This document shows, piece after piece, positions 1-8,976 of a stretch of DNA of 32,000 bases (position 1 is its first letter; the number at the start of each line of letters is the position of its first letter). The notes beneath the pieces are model-generated. The model was not told the origin of the DNA. It saw nothing but the letters and a program-made list of their open reading frames with translations, and ran no database searches. The DNA is taken from positions 3,330,001 through 3,362,000 of the forward strand of contig NC_014034.1 in the NCBI RefSeq assembly GCF_000021865.1, written 5' to 3'. Both the position numbers and the translations under genes were made by a program. The DNA comes from Rhodobacter capsulatus SB 1003 (lineage in GTDB: Bacteria > Pseudomonadota > Alphaproteobacteria > Rhodobacterales > Rhodobacteraceae).

Positions 1-715
1 TCACATCCGGCGTGACGCCCGCCCATTCATGCGCGAACAGCTTGCCGGTCCGCGCGACGCCGCATTGCACCTCGTCAAAGACCAGAAGCGTGCCGGTTTC
101 GTCGCAGATTTCGCGCAGCGCGCGCAGGAAGCCCTCGGGCGCGGGGCGGATGCCGCCTTCGCCCTGAATGGGTTCGATCAGGATCGCCGCCGTGGTTTCG
201 GTGACGGCGGCTTTCACCGCGTCAAGGTCGCCCCAGGGCAGATGGACGAAGCCGGGCAGCAGCGGGCCGAAGCCCTTGACCATCTTTTCCGTCCCCGCCG
301 CGGCGATCGCGGCCGAAGACCGGCCGTGGAAGGCGCCCGAGAAGGTCAGGATCTCGGTCCGCTCCGGCTGGCCCTTGTCGTAGAAATGCTTGCGCACCAT
401 CTTCACCGCGAGTTCGCAGGCCTCGGTCCCCGAATTGGTGAAGAAGACGGTATCGGCGAAGGTCTTGGCCACCAGCATGTCGGCCAGCCGTTCCTGTTCC
501 GGGATCCGGTAAAGGTTCGAGACATGCCAGAGCTTGCCCGCCTGTTCGGTCAGCGTCGCCACAAGGTCGGGCGCGGCATGGCCCAGCGCATTGACCGCGA
601 TCCCGGCGCCCAGATCCAGATATCGGCTGCCATCCGCGGTCCAAAGCCAGGAGCCCTCGCCGCGCACGAAGGCGAGGGGGGCACGGGTGTAGGTCGGCAG
701 CACGGAAGCGATCAT
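1..715 (-). CDS. argD: acetylornithine aminotransferase (class-III PLP aminotransferase); N-terminal 238 codons, 3' end off-window
   Basis: Absent from the ORF track because it runs off the left edge. Hand translation of the minus strand from ATG 715-713 gives [58 protein letters not shown]...[19 protein letters not shown], typical of ArgD. SD AGGAG (722-726) lies 6 nt upstream. Confidence 0.85.
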   Translation of the reverse strand, partial: MIASVLPTYTRAPLAFVRGEGSWLWTADGSRYLDLGAGIAVNALGHAAPDLVATLTEQAGKLWHVSNLYRIPEQERLADMLVAKTFADTVFFTNSGTEACELAVKMVRKHFYDKGQPERTEILTFSGAFHGRSSAAIAAAGTEKMVKGFGPLLPGFVHLPWGDLDAVKAAVTETTAAILIEPIQGEGGIRPAPEGFLRALREICDETGTLLVFDEVQCGVARTGKLFAHEWAGVTPDV

Positions 716-967
716 TTGCGGCTCCTGAAAAAGGAAGGCCAAGGCGTGCAACAGGCGCAGGGCGGCTGTCAACGGTCCGGGACCTTCGGGGGCGGTTTTG
801 TGGAAAGGGTGTGGCGAGAAGCCACGGCAGATCAGGCGTCAGGCGCAGGTGCGGCGACGTCGGGGACGGGCAAGAGGGGCGGTCCGGGTGATCATTTCCC
901 CCGCTTAGCCGCCGCCTGACGCAAAGTCAAAGGAAATGACCGTTTCACGCTTTTGCGAAAGATGCGC

Positions 968-985
968 GGCAGATGCGCATCTGCC
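968..985. promoter_or_regulatory. 18-bp perfect palindrome GGCAGATGCGCATCTGCC in the argD/ccmF divergent intergenic region (candidate operator)
   Basis: Read directly from the sequence. The centre lies about 63 nt upstream of the ccmF ATG (1040). No ORF covers it. Confidence 0.3.
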
Positions 986-1039
986 TTGGCCCCGGGGGGC
1001 TCCGTCTCTATGATGCACGCGACTTGAGGAGGACCCCGC

Positions 1040-3001
1040 ATGATCGTCGAGACCGGCCATTTCGCCCTGATCCTGGCCCTGTGCGTGGCGCTGGTGCAGG
1101 CGGTCATTCCCCTGGTGGGCGCGCAAAAGGGCTGGTCGGGCTGGATGGCCGTTGCCACCCCCGCGGCGCTGGCGCAGTTCGGGCTGATCGCCATCGCCTT
1201 TGCCGCGCTGACCTATGCCTTTGTGACGTCTGACTTTTCGCTGAAGCTCGTCTACGAAAACTCGCATACCGACAAGCCGATGCTCTACAAGGTCACCGGG
1301 GTCTGGGGCAACCATGAGGGCTCGATGCTGCTTTGGGTGCTGATCCTCGCCATGTTCGGCGCGGCGGCCGCGGCCTTTGGCGGTGCCTTGCCGGAGCGGC
1401 TGCGGGCGCGGGTGCTGGCGGTGCAGGGCACCATCGGGGTCGCGTTTCTGGTCTTTGTGCTTTTCACCTCGAACCCGTTCCTGCGGCTGGAAGAAGCGCC
1501 GTTCAACGGCCGCGACATGAACCCGCTGCTGCAGGACCCGGGTCTCGCCTTCCATCCGCCGTTCCTGTACCTTGGCTATGTCGGGCTTTCGATGGCCTTC
1601 AGCTTCGCCGTCGCCGCGCTGATCGAGGGGCGGGTCGATGCCGCCTGGGCGCGCTGGGTCCGGCCCTGGACCTTGGCCGCCTGGATCTTCCTGACCATCG
1701 GCATCGCGCTGGGATCGTGGTGGGCCTATTACGAGCTCGGCTGGGGCGGCTTCTGGTTCTGGGACCCGGTGGAAAACGCCTCGCTGATGCCCTGGCTGCT
1801 GGCGGCGGCGCTGTTGCATTCCGCCATCGTCGTCGAAAAGCGCGAGGCGCTGAAAAGCTGGACGATCCTGCTCGCCATCATGGCCTTCGGCTTTTCGCTG
1901 ATCGGCACGTTCCTGGTGCGGTCCGGGGTGATTTCCTCGGTGCACAGTTTCGCCAATGACCCCGAGCGCGGGGTGTTCATCCTGTTCATCCTTGCCTTCT
2001 TCACCGGCGGGGCGCTGACGCTTTATGCCGCGCGGGCCTCGGAGATGCAGGCGAAGGGGCTGTTTTCCATGGTCAGCCGCGAATCGGCGCTGGTGATGAA
2101 CAACGTGCTTTTGGCGGTGGCGGCGCTGGTGGTGTTCACCGGCACGGTCTGGCCGCTGATCGCGGAGCTGTTCTGGGACCGCAAGCTCTCGGTGGGGGCG
2201 CCGTTCTTCGAAAAGGCCTTTACCCCCTTCATGGTCGGGCTGGCGCTGCTGTTGCCGCTGGGATCGATGATGCCGTGGAAACGCGCGAGCCTCGGCAAGC
2301 TGGTGCGGCCGCTGTTGCCCGCGCTTGTGCTGACGCTGGCGGTGCTGGCGCTGGTCTGGGTGATGGCGACGGGGCGGCCGATGCTGGCGCTTGGCGCGGC
2401 GGGGCTGGGCGCCTGGATCCTTTTTGGCGCCCTGGCCGAGATCTGGCAACGCGCCGGGCGGACGCCGGGACGCATCCTGCGGCTGCCGCGGGCGGATTGG
2501 GGCAAGGCCTTCGCGCATGGCGGGCTGGGCATCGTCTTTGCGGGCGTCGGCCTCTTGATGGCCGGGCAGGTCGAGGATATCCGCGTGGCGAAGGCGGGCG
2601 ACAGTTTCGAGGTGGCAGGTTACACGATCACGCTGGTGTCGGTCGAGGATGTGCCGGGGCCGAACTTCACCGCCAAGACCGCGACGATGGAGGTGCGGCA
2701 GGGCGGCAAGCTGGTGGCGACCCTGCATCCCGAAAAGCGCATCTATCCGGTGCAGGCGATGCCGACGACCGAGGCCGATATCGACAACGGCTTCTGGCGC
2801 GATGTCTATCTGGTGATCGGCGACCCGCAGGAGGGCGGCGGCTGGGCGGTGCGGACCTATGTCAAGCCTTTCGCGAACTGGATCTGGGCGGGCTGTCTGC
2901 TGATGGCCTTTGGCGGCGGGCTGAGCCTGACCGACCGGCGTTATCGCAGCGCCGCCGGGGCGCGGCGGGCGACGGTGGCCGATGCTGTTGCGGCGGAGTG
3001 A
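1040..3001 (+). CDS. ccmF: cytochrome c-type biogenesis protein CcmF (Ccl1), heme lyase component
   Basis: 653-aa polytopic membrane protein with the Trp-rich heme-handling motif WGGFWFWDPVENASLMPWL. N-terminus MIVETGHFALILAL is typical of CcmF. SD GAGGAGG lies upstream of the ATG. Confidence 0.95.
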   Translation: MIVETGHFALILALCVALVQAVIPLVGAQKGWSGWMAVATPAALAQFGLIAIAFAALTYAFVTSDFSLKLVYENSHTDKPMLYKVTGVWGNHEGSMLLWVLILAMFGAAAAAFGGALPERLRARVLAVQGTIGVAFLVFVLFTSNPFLRLEEAPFNGRDMNPLLQDPGLAFHPPFLYLGYVGLSMAFSFAVAALIEGRVDAAWARWVRPWTLAAWIFLTIGIALGSWWAYYELGWGGFWFWDPVENASLMPWLLAAALLHSAIVVEKREALKSWTILLAIMAFGFSLIGTFLVRSGVISSVHSFANDPERGVFILFILAFFTGGALTLYAARASEMQAKGLFSMVSRESALVMNNVLLAVAALVVFTGTVWPLIAELFWDRKLSVGAPFFEKAFTPFMVGLALLLPLGSMMPWKRASLGKLVRPLLPALVLTLAVLALVWVMATGRPMLALGAAGLGAWILFGALAEIWQRAGRTPGRILRLPRADWGKAFAHGGLGIVFAGVGLLMAGQVEDIRVAKAGDSFEVAGYTITLVSVEDVPGPNFTAKTATMEVRQGGKLVATLHPEKRIYPVQAMPTTEADIDNGFWRDVYLVIGDPQEGGGWAVRTYVKPFANWIWAGCLLMAFGGGLSLTDRRYRSAAGARRATVADAVAAE

Positions 3002-3004
3002 GCG

Positions 3005-3454
3005 ATGCTGAAACGACTTCTGCTTTTGCTGGTGCTGGCCACGCCCGTTCATGCGGTGCAGCCCGACGAGGTTCTGTCCGATCCGGGGCTTGAAGCCCGG
3101 GCGCGGCAGATTTCGCAGGTGCTGCGCTGCCCGGTCTGTCAGGGCGAGAATATCGACGAATCGAATGCCGGGGTGTCGCGCGATCTGCGGCTTGCGGTGC
3201 GCGAGCGGCTGGTGGCGGGCGACAGCGACGCGCAGGTGATCGACTATATCAAGGACCGTTTCGGGGAATATGTGCTGTTCGAGCCCGAGCGGCGCGGGGC
3301 GAACCTGATCCTGTACTGGATCGGGCCTGCGGTGCTGGTGGTGGCCCTGGGCGGCATCTTCCTGTGGCTGCGCGGGCGGCGGCGCGAGGAAGAGCCGGTG
3401 CCGGTGCTCTCGGCCGAGGAAGAGGCGCGGCTGAAAGACCTGCTGAAGGACTAG
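3005..3454 (+). CDS. ccmH: cytochrome c-type biogenesis protein CcmH (Ccl2)
   Basis: 149 aa with a signal peptide, the LRCPVCQGENIDESNA CXXC motif and one C-terminal TM segment. The ATG is 4 nt after the ccmF stop, suggesting translational coupling. Confidence 0.9.
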   Translation: MLKRLLLLLVLATPVHAVQPDEVLSDPGLEARARQISQVLRCPVCQGENIDESNAGVSRDLRLAVRERLVAGDSDAQVIDYIKDRFGEYVLFEPERRGANLILYWIGPAVLVVALGGIFLWLRGRRREEEPVPVLSAEEEARLKDLLKD

Positions 3455-3459
3455 GGATT

Positions 3460-3485
3460 TCGCCCGGGGCTTGCGCCCCGGGCGA
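3460..3485 (+). terminator. GC-rich perfect hairpin after ccmH (TCGCCCGGGGC-TTGC-GCCCCGGGCGA), no U-tract
   Basis: An 11-bp perfect stem with a 4-nt loop starts 6 nt after the ccmH stop. No T-run follows, so it may be a transcript-stabilising hairpin rather than a canonical intrinsic terminator. Confidence 0.35.
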
Positions 3486-3619
3486 CCCGCGGGCGGCTCC
3501 GCCCCCCGCACCCCCCGGGCGTATTTTGCCAAGGAAAAGCGGGGGTCTGGTCGTGACGTTTGGTTTCGCTTTGCCTTTCGGCGCCCGCGCGGCAAGCTGG
3601 GGCAAAGAGGAGGCAGGCC

Positions 3620-4393
3620 ATGAGCTATCACACGATCCGCTACGAGATCTCCGAAGGGCTGGCGGTGATCACGCTCGATCGCCCCGAGGTGATGAATGCG
3701 CTGAACGCGGCGATGCGGCACGAATTGACCGCGGCGCTGCACCGCGCGCGGGGCGAGGCGCGGGCGATCGTGCTGACCGGATCGGGGCGGGCCTTTTGCT
3801 CTGGGCAGGATCTGGGCGATGGCGCGGCCGAGGGGCTGAACCTGGAAACCGTGCTGCGCGAGGAATACGAGCCGCTTTTGCAGGCGATTTACAGCTGTCC
3901 GCTGCCGGTTCTGGCGGCGGTGAACGGCGCGGCGGCGGGGGCGGGGGCCAATCTGGCTCTGGCGGCCGATGTGGTGATCGCGGCGCAATCTGCGGCCTTC
4001 ATGCAGGCTTTCACCCGGATCGGGCTGATGCCGGATGCGGGCGGGACCTGGTGGCTGCCGCGGCAGGTCGGCATGGCCCGCGCCATGGGGATGGCCCTGT
4101 TCGCCGAGAAGATCGGCGCCGAAGAGGCCGCGCGCATGGGGCTGATCTGGGAAGCCGTGCCCGATGTCGATTTCGAGCATCACTGGCGGGCCCGGGCGGC
4201 GCATCTGGCGCGGGGCCCTTCGGCGGCCTTTGCGGCGGTGAAGAAGGCCTTTCATGCCGGTCTGAGCAATCCCCTGCCCGCGCAGCTGGCGCTGGAAGCC
4301 CGGTTGCAGGGCGAACTGGGCCAGAGCGCGGATTTCCGCGAGGGCGTGCAGGCCTTTCTGGAAAAGCGCCCGCCGCATTTCACCGGGCGCTAG
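3620..4393 (+). CDS. enoyl-CoA hydratase/isomerase family protein (crotonase fold, PaaG-like)
   Basis: MSYHTIRYEISEGLAVITLDRPEVMNALN...FCSGQDL...AAVNGAAAGAGANLALAADV is typical crotonase sequence. I chose the start at ATG 3620 (SD GAGGAGG) rather than the track's 3560. Confidence 0.85.
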   Translation: MSYHTIRYEISEGLAVITLDRPEVMNALNAAMRHELTAALHRARGEARAIVLTGSGRAFCSGQDLGDGAAEGLNLETVLREEYEPLLQAIYSCPLPVLAAVNGAAAGAGANLALAADVVIAAQSAAFMQAFTRIGLMPDAGGTWWLPRQVGMARAMGMALFAEKIGAEEAARMGLIWEAVPDVDFEHHWRARAAHLARGPSAAFAAVKKAFHAGLSNPLPAQLALEARLQGELGQSADFREGVQAFLEKRPPHFTGR

Positions 4394-4435
4394 GCCCTTG
4401 CCCCGCCCGCTTGCCCGCGCTACCCAAGGCGGGCT

Positions 4436-4521
4436 GCGGGCGTGGCGAAATGGTAGACGCATGGGACTTAAACTCCCTCGGAGGGACCTCCATGCCGGTT
4501 CGAGTCCGGTCGCCCGCACCA
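4436..4521 (+). tRNA. tRNA-Leu (anticodon UAA), class II with long variable arm, CCA encoded
   Basis: Acceptor stem GCGGGCG/CGCCCGC followed by A and CCA. Anticodon loop is CTTAAAC (UAA). Long variable arm GGAGG-GAC-CTCC. T-arm is GCCGGTTCGAGTCCGGT. Confidence 0.9.
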
Positions 4522-4594
4522 GCCTGCCTGCCGGGATGAACCTTGCTGTCGGGCGCATTCGGCCCTAGATCGGTCGAAACCGAAGGGAGAGCCG

Positions 4595-6382
4595 ATGGCC
4601 CGCAGACCCGCCACCCCGCTGGAAGACCGCCCGAAACCGAAACGTGTGGGCGCGATCCGGGGTCTTGCCCCCTTCATCGCCCCCTATCGGCGTCTGGCGC
4701 TGGCCACCGCCGCGGCGCTGGTGCTGACCGCCATGGTGACGCTGATCCTGCCGATCGCCGCGCGCCGCGTGGTGGACGGGTTCCAGCAGGGTGGCGAGAT
4801 GCTCGACAGCTATTTCCTGGCCGCCCATGTCATCGCCGCGGCCCTGGCGCTGGGCACCGGGCTGCGCTACTGGCTGGTCACCCGCTTTGGCGAGCGCGTC
4901 GTGGCCGACATCCGCAAGGCGGTCTTCGGCCGGGTGATCGAGCTGTCCCCCGCCTTTTACGAAAAGATCCTGACCGGCGAGATCATCTCGCGCATCACCA
5001 CCGACACCACGCTGATCCTGTCGCTGCTGGGCTCCTCGATCTCGGTGGCGGCGCGCAACATCCTGATCCTGCTGGGCGGGTTGACCATGCTTCTGGTCAC
5101 CTCGGCGAAGCTGACCGGGCTGGTGCTTTTGATCGTGCCGCTGGTCATCGTGCCGATCGTCGTCATGGGCCGCCGCCTGCGCCGGCTGAGCCGCGAAAAT
5201 CAGGACTGGATCGCCTCTTCCTCGGGCTCGGCCTCCGAGGCGCTGAGTTCCGTGCAGACGGTGCAGGCCTTCACCCACGAGGCGCTGACCCGCAAGGCCT
5301 TTTCCGAGGTCACCGAAAAGGCCCTTGCTTCCGCCAATGACCGCATCACCACCCGCGCGATCATGACGATGATCGTGATTTTCCTGGTCTTTGCCGGGAT
5401 TGTCGGCGTCCTTTGGATCGGCGCGCGCGACGTGCAGGCGGGGCTGATGACGGTGGGCCAGCTGGTGCAATTCGTCATCTATGCGATCATGGTTTCGGCC
5501 GCGGTCGGCGCGCTGACCGAAATCTGGGGCGAGGTGCAGCGCGCCGCGGGCGCGACCGAACGGCTGGTGGAGCTGCTGCATGCGGGCGACACGGTCACCG
5601 ATCCGGCGCGGCCGCTGGCGCTGCCCAGCCCGGTGAAAGGCGCCATCGCCTTTGAGGACGTCACCTTCCATTACCCGTCGCGGCCCGAGACTTCGGCCCT
5701 GAACGCGGTCAGCCTGCAGGTTGCGCCGGGCGAGACGGTGGCGCTGGTCGGCCCTTCGGGGGCAGGGAAAACCACGATCATCCAGCTGATCGAGCGGTTT
5801 TATGACCCCGAACAGGGGCGGATCACGCTCGATGGCATCGACCTGCGCGATCTGGCCCGGGCCGAATATCGCCGCGCGCTGGCGCTTGTGCCGCAGGACC
5901 CGGTGATCTTTGCCGCCAGCGCCCGTGAAAACATCCGCTTCGGCCGCCCGGACGCCAGCGATGCCGAGGTCGAGGCCGCCGCCCGCGCGGCCTATGCCCA
6001 TGATTTCCTGACCGCGCTGCCGCAGGGCTTTGATACCTATGTGGGGGAACGCGGCATCATGCTCTCGGGCGGGCAGAAGCAGCGCATCGCCATTGCCCGG
6101 GCGATCCTGCGCGATGCGCCGGTGCTGCTGCTCGACGAGGCGACCTCGGCGCTGGATGCGGCCTCCGAGCGCGCGGTGCAGGCGGCGGTCGATGATCTGC
6201 GCGCCACCCGCACCACCCTCATCGTCGCGCATCGGCTGGCCACGGTGAAAAAGGCCGACCGGATCGTCGTCTTCGATCAGGGCCGGATCGTGGCGCAGGG
6301 CACCCACGAAGCCTTGGTGGCCGAGGGCGGGCTTTACGCCGAACTGGCGCGGCTGCAGTTCACCGACGGGGCCGCGAGCTGA
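4595..6382 (+). CDS. ABC transporter, fused permease/ATPase (MsbA/ABCB-type exporter)
   Basis: 595 aa with an N-terminal 6-TM domain. Walker A GPSGAGKTT, signature LSGGQKQRIAIARA, Walker B VLLLDEATSALD. SD GGGAGAG lies before the ATG. Confidence 0.9.
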   Translation: MARRPATPLEDRPKPKRVGAIRGLAPFIAPYRRLALATAAALVLTAMVTLILPIAARRVVDGFQQGGEMLDSYFLAAHVIAAALALGTGLRYWLVTRFGERVVADIRKAVFGRVIELSPAFYEKILTGEIISRITTDTTLILSLLGSSISVAARNILILLGGLTMLLVTSAKLTGLVLLIVPLVIVPIVVMGRRLRRLSRENQDWIASSSGSASEALSSVQTVQAFTHEALTRKAFSEVTEKALASANDRITTRAIMTMIVIFLVFAGIVGVLWIGARDVQAGLMTVGQLVQFVIYAIMVSAAVGALTEIWGEVQRAAGATERLVELLHAGDTVTDPARPLALPSPVKGAIAFEDVTFHYPSRPETSALNAVSLQVAPGETVALVGPSGAGKTTIIQLIERFYDPEQGRITLDGIDLRDLARAEYRRALALVPQDPVIFAASARENIRFGRPDASDAEVEAAARAAYAHDFLTALPQGFDTYVGERGIMLSGGQKQRIAIARAILRDAPVLLLDEATSALDAASERAVQAAVDDLRATRTTLIVAHRLATVKKADRIVVFDQGRIVAQGTHEALVAEGGLYAELARLQFTDGAAS

Positions 6383-6509
6383 GGCCCCTGTCCTTGCGTC
6401 ATGCCCGTTATGACGTGACGTTTGCGGCAATCCCGCCCTTGCCCGGATGCCGCTTTATGACGCATTCTCAGACCAAGGCCCGCGGAGGAACGGGCCGGGG
6501 GAGGACCTG

Positions 6510-8402
6510 ATGACCGAGACCTATGCGACCGTGGCCGACCGCGACCGCGTCGAAGGGCAGATGCCCTGGGAAGACCGTGACCGTGCGGTGACGATATATG
6601 ATTTCCTGTCCCGCGTGGCGGCAAAACACGGCTCCCGTCCGGCGCTGACGTTTCAGATCACCTCCGGGCCGAAGGATCATTCCCTGACCATGACCTGGGC
6701 CGAAGTGCTGGCCCGGGTGACGCAGGCGGCGAACCTGCTGCGCCGGATGGGCGTGGGGGAAAAGGACACGGTGGCCTATCTGCTGCCCAACAGCCTGGAA
6801 ACCGCGGTGGTGCTTCTGGGTGGGGCGACGGCGGGGATCGTCAATCCGATCAACCCTTTGCTGGAGCCCGAGCAGATTTCCGCGATCCTGCGCGAGACCA
6901 AAGCCAAGGTGCTGGTGACGCTGAAAAGCTTCCCGAAATCCGACATCGCGCAAAAGGCGGCCGAGGCGGTCAAGCACGCGCCGAATGTCAAGACGATCCT
7001 GGAAGTCGATCTGAACCGCTACCTGACCGCGCCGAAAAGCTGGATCGTGCCCTTTGTCCGGCCGAAAACGCATTTCCGCCATCACGCCGATGTCTATGAT
7101 TTCAACACCGCCTGCGACGGCCAGCCCGCCGACAAGCTGGTGTTTGCCGATGCGACCGCCGACCGCGTCGCCGCCTATTTCCATACCGGCGGCACCACCG
7201 GCATGCCGAAAGTGGCGCAGCACAAGTATTCGGGCATGGTCTACAACGGCTGGCTTGGCGGCACGCTTCTGTTCCGCCACACCGACGTGATGATCTGCCC
7301 GCTGCCGCTTTTCCACGTCTTTGCCGCCTATCCGATCCTGATGTCGGCCATCCATTCCGGCGCCCATGTCGTCTTCCCCACCCCCGCGGGCTATCGCGGC
7401 GAGGGGGTCTTCGACAATTTCTGGAAGCTGGTCGAACGCTGGCAGGTGACCTTCCTGATCACCGTGCCCACCGCCATCGCCGCGCTGATGCAGCGCAAGG
7501 TCGATGCCGATATCTCGTCGCTGCGCACGGCAATCTCGGGCTCCGCCCCCCTGCCGGTCGAGCTTTACAACCGCTTCAAGGACGCGACCGGGGTCGAGAT
7601 CTGCGAGGGCTACGGGCTGACCGAAGCCACCTGCCTTGTCTCGATCAACCCGGTCGACGGGCTGAAAAAGGTCGGCTCGGTCGGCATCCCCCTGCCCTAT
7701 TCGCACGTCCGGATCCTGCGCAAGACCGAGGCCGGGTTCGTCGAATGCGCCGCCGACGAGGTGGGCGAGATCTGCGTCGCCAACCCGGGCGTGTTCGACG
7801 GCTCGACCTATACCGAAGTGGACAAGAACCACGACCTCTTTGCCGAGGAACGTTTCCTGCGCACCGGCGATCTGGGCCGGATCGACCCGGACGGATACCT
7901 CTGGATCACCGGCCGCGCCAAGGATCTGATCATCCGCGGCGGTCACAACATCGACCCGGCCGAGATCGAGGAGGCGCTGCTGTCGCATCCCTCCATCGCC
8001 TTTGCCGGTGCGATCGGCCAGCCCGACGCCTTTGCGGGCGAATTGCCCTGCGCCTATGTCGAGCTGATCAAGGAGGCCACGATCACGCCCGAAGAGCTGA
8101 TGGCGCATGCCAAACGCCACATCCACGAACGCGCCGCCGTGCCCAAGCACATCGAGGTGCTGGACGAGCTGCCGAAGACCGCGGTGGGCAAGATCTTCAA
8201 GCCCGACCTGCGCAAGCGCGCGATCACCCGGGTTCTGGATGCGGCGCTGGCCGAGGCCGGGGTGCCGGTGCAGGTCGTCGCGGTGGTCGAGGACAAGAAA
8301 CGCGGTCTGGTGGCGCAGCTGGCCAGCAGCGGCGAGGTCGATCAGGAGAAGATGGCGCATGTGCTGGGGCAGTTCACCGTGCCCTGGGCCTGGGCCGAGT
8401 GA
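6510..8402 (+). CDS. AMP-forming acyl-CoA synthetase / acid-CoA ligase
   Basis: AMP-binding motifs YFHTGGTTGMPKVAQH, GYGLTEA and TGDLGRIDPDGYLWITGRAKDLIIRGGHNI. I chose the start at ATG 6510 (SD GGAGGA), 21 codons inside the track ORF. Confidence 0.85.
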   Translation: MTETYATVADRDRVEGQMPWEDRDRAVTIYDFLSRVAAKHGSRPALTFQITSGPKDHSLTMTWAEVLARVTQAANLLRRMGVGEKDTVAYLLPNSLETAVVLLGGATAGIVNPINPLLEPEQISAILRETKAKVLVTLKSFPKSDIAQKAAEAVKHAPNVKTILEVDLNRYLTAPKSWIVPFVRPKTHFRHHADVYDFNTACDGQPADKLVFADATADRVAAYFHTGGTTGMPKVAQHKYSGMVYNGWLGGTLLFRHTDVMICPLPLFHVFAAYPILMSAIHSGAHVVFPTPAGYRGEGVFDNFWKLVERWQVTFLITVPTAIAALMQRKVDADISSLRTAISGSAPLPVELYNRFKDATGVEICEGYGLTEATCLVSINPVDGLKKVGSVGIPLPYSHVRILRKTEAGFVECAADEVGEICVANPGVFDGSTYTEVDKNHDLFAEERFLRTGDLGRIDPDGYLWITGRAKDLIIRGGHNIDPAEIEEALLSHPSIAFAGAIGQPDAFAGELPCAYVELIKEATITPEELMAHAKRHIHERAAVPKHIEVLDELPKTAVGKIFKPDLRKRAITRVLDAALAEAGVPVQVVAVVEDKKRGLVAQLASSGEVDQEKMAHVLGQFTVPWAWAE

Positions 8403-8480
8403 CCGGCGGCGACTGGGCGCCTTCGGGCCGGAAAGACCTCTGCGGATGACAGGCTGACCGGATCCGCCGGGCGGCGCAAG

Positions 8481-8512
8481 GGGCGGTTCCTTCGGGGACC
8501 GCCCTTTTCATT
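8481..8512 (+). terminator. intrinsic terminator after the acyl-CoA synthetase gene
   Basis: Stem GGGCGGTTCC, loop TTCG, stem GGGACCGCCC, followed by TTTTCATT. Confidence 0.6.
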
Positions 8513-8531
8513 CCGGCAGTTCCCTCTGGCC

Positions 8532-8560
8532 AAATGAAAAGCGGCCCCCAAAGGAGCCGC
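8532..8560 (-). terminator. intrinsic terminator after cspA
   Basis: On the minus strand: GCGGCTCC-TTTG-GGGGCCGC followed by TTTTCATTT, 26 nt after the csp stop. Confidence 0.6.
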
Positions 8561-8585
8561 TTTCCGAAATCCCGTGCGCACAGGC

Positions 8586-8792
8586 TCAGGCGATGGCGAG
8601 GTTGATCGCCGATTCGCGGCCATCGCGGCCTTTTTCCAGATCGTAGTTGATCGCTTGGCCGTCATTCAGGCCACGCAGACCGGCACGTTCCACGGCCGAG
8701 ATGTGGACGAACACGTCCTTGCCGCCCGATTCCGGCGCGATGAAGCCGAAGCCTTTGGTTTGGTTGAACCATTTCACGGTGCCCTTGGCCAT
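8586..8792 (-). CDS. cspA: cold-shock protein, CspA family
   Basis: 68 aa: MAKGTVKWFNQTKGFGFIAPESGGKDVFVHISAV, containing the RNP1/RNP2 motifs. SD AGGAGA. Confidence 0.95.
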   Translation of the reverse strand: MAKGTVKWFNQTKGFGFIAPESGGKDVFVHISAVERAGLRGLNDGQAINYDLEKGRDGRESAINLAIA

Positions 8793-8913
8793 CCGTTGTC
8801 TCCTTCTGTATGCCGCCCGCAGGATTGCGGCGGCCCGGCTCAGTCACGTCACGATCGAGAACTGTAGCCGCAAAGGGAGCAGGTCGTCGAAAAGGCGCGG
8901 TGCGCAGGGCTAG

Positions 8914-8942
8914 GATATGAGGCCTTCGCCCCCACATTGCAA
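8914..8942 (-). promoter_or_regulatory. candidate sigma70-type promoter of cspA (TTGCAA-N17-CATATC), implying a 5' UTR of about 110 nt
   Basis: Minus strand reads AATTTTC-TTGCAA-tgtgggggcgaaggcct-CATATC. Long structured 5' UTRs are usual for csp genes. Based on the sequence pattern only. Confidence 0.3.
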
Positions 8943-8976
8943 GAAAATTGCGCGTGGGGGTGGCGCGGCAAAAAGC

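Noticed and set aside
720-960. Possible small gene or sRNA in the 324-bp argD-ccmF intergenic region
   Set aside because: There are only very short ORFs without SD sequences (for example a 21-codon ORF on the minus strand) and weak 5-bp hairpins. Apart from the 18-bp palindrome, which is reported separately, nothing is supportable from the sequence alone.
905-4558. 1217-aa ORF on the minus strand spanning ccmF, ccmH and the crotonase gene
   Set aside because: Its translation is Arg/Pro/Gly/His-rich low-complexity sequence (RRRAPRQMRRPGPP...), typical of antisense frames in high-GC DNA. The opposite strand encodes three well-recognised conserved proteins with good SD sequences.
4436-6382. tRNA-Leu as an integration hotspot with a genomic island downstream
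   Set aside because: There is no integrase, no repeat of the tRNA 3' end further downstream that I could spot, and no compositional change. The downstream genes (ABC exporter, acyl-CoA synthetase) look like ordinary chromosomal genes.
4595-6382. ABC exporter as the type I secretion partner of the RTX protein
   Set aside because: It lies 20 kb away with many unrelated genes between. No adjacent membrane-fusion (HlyD) or TolC gene is present, and there is no N-terminal C39/CLD-like domain. It looks like an MsbA/ABCB-type housekeeping exporter.
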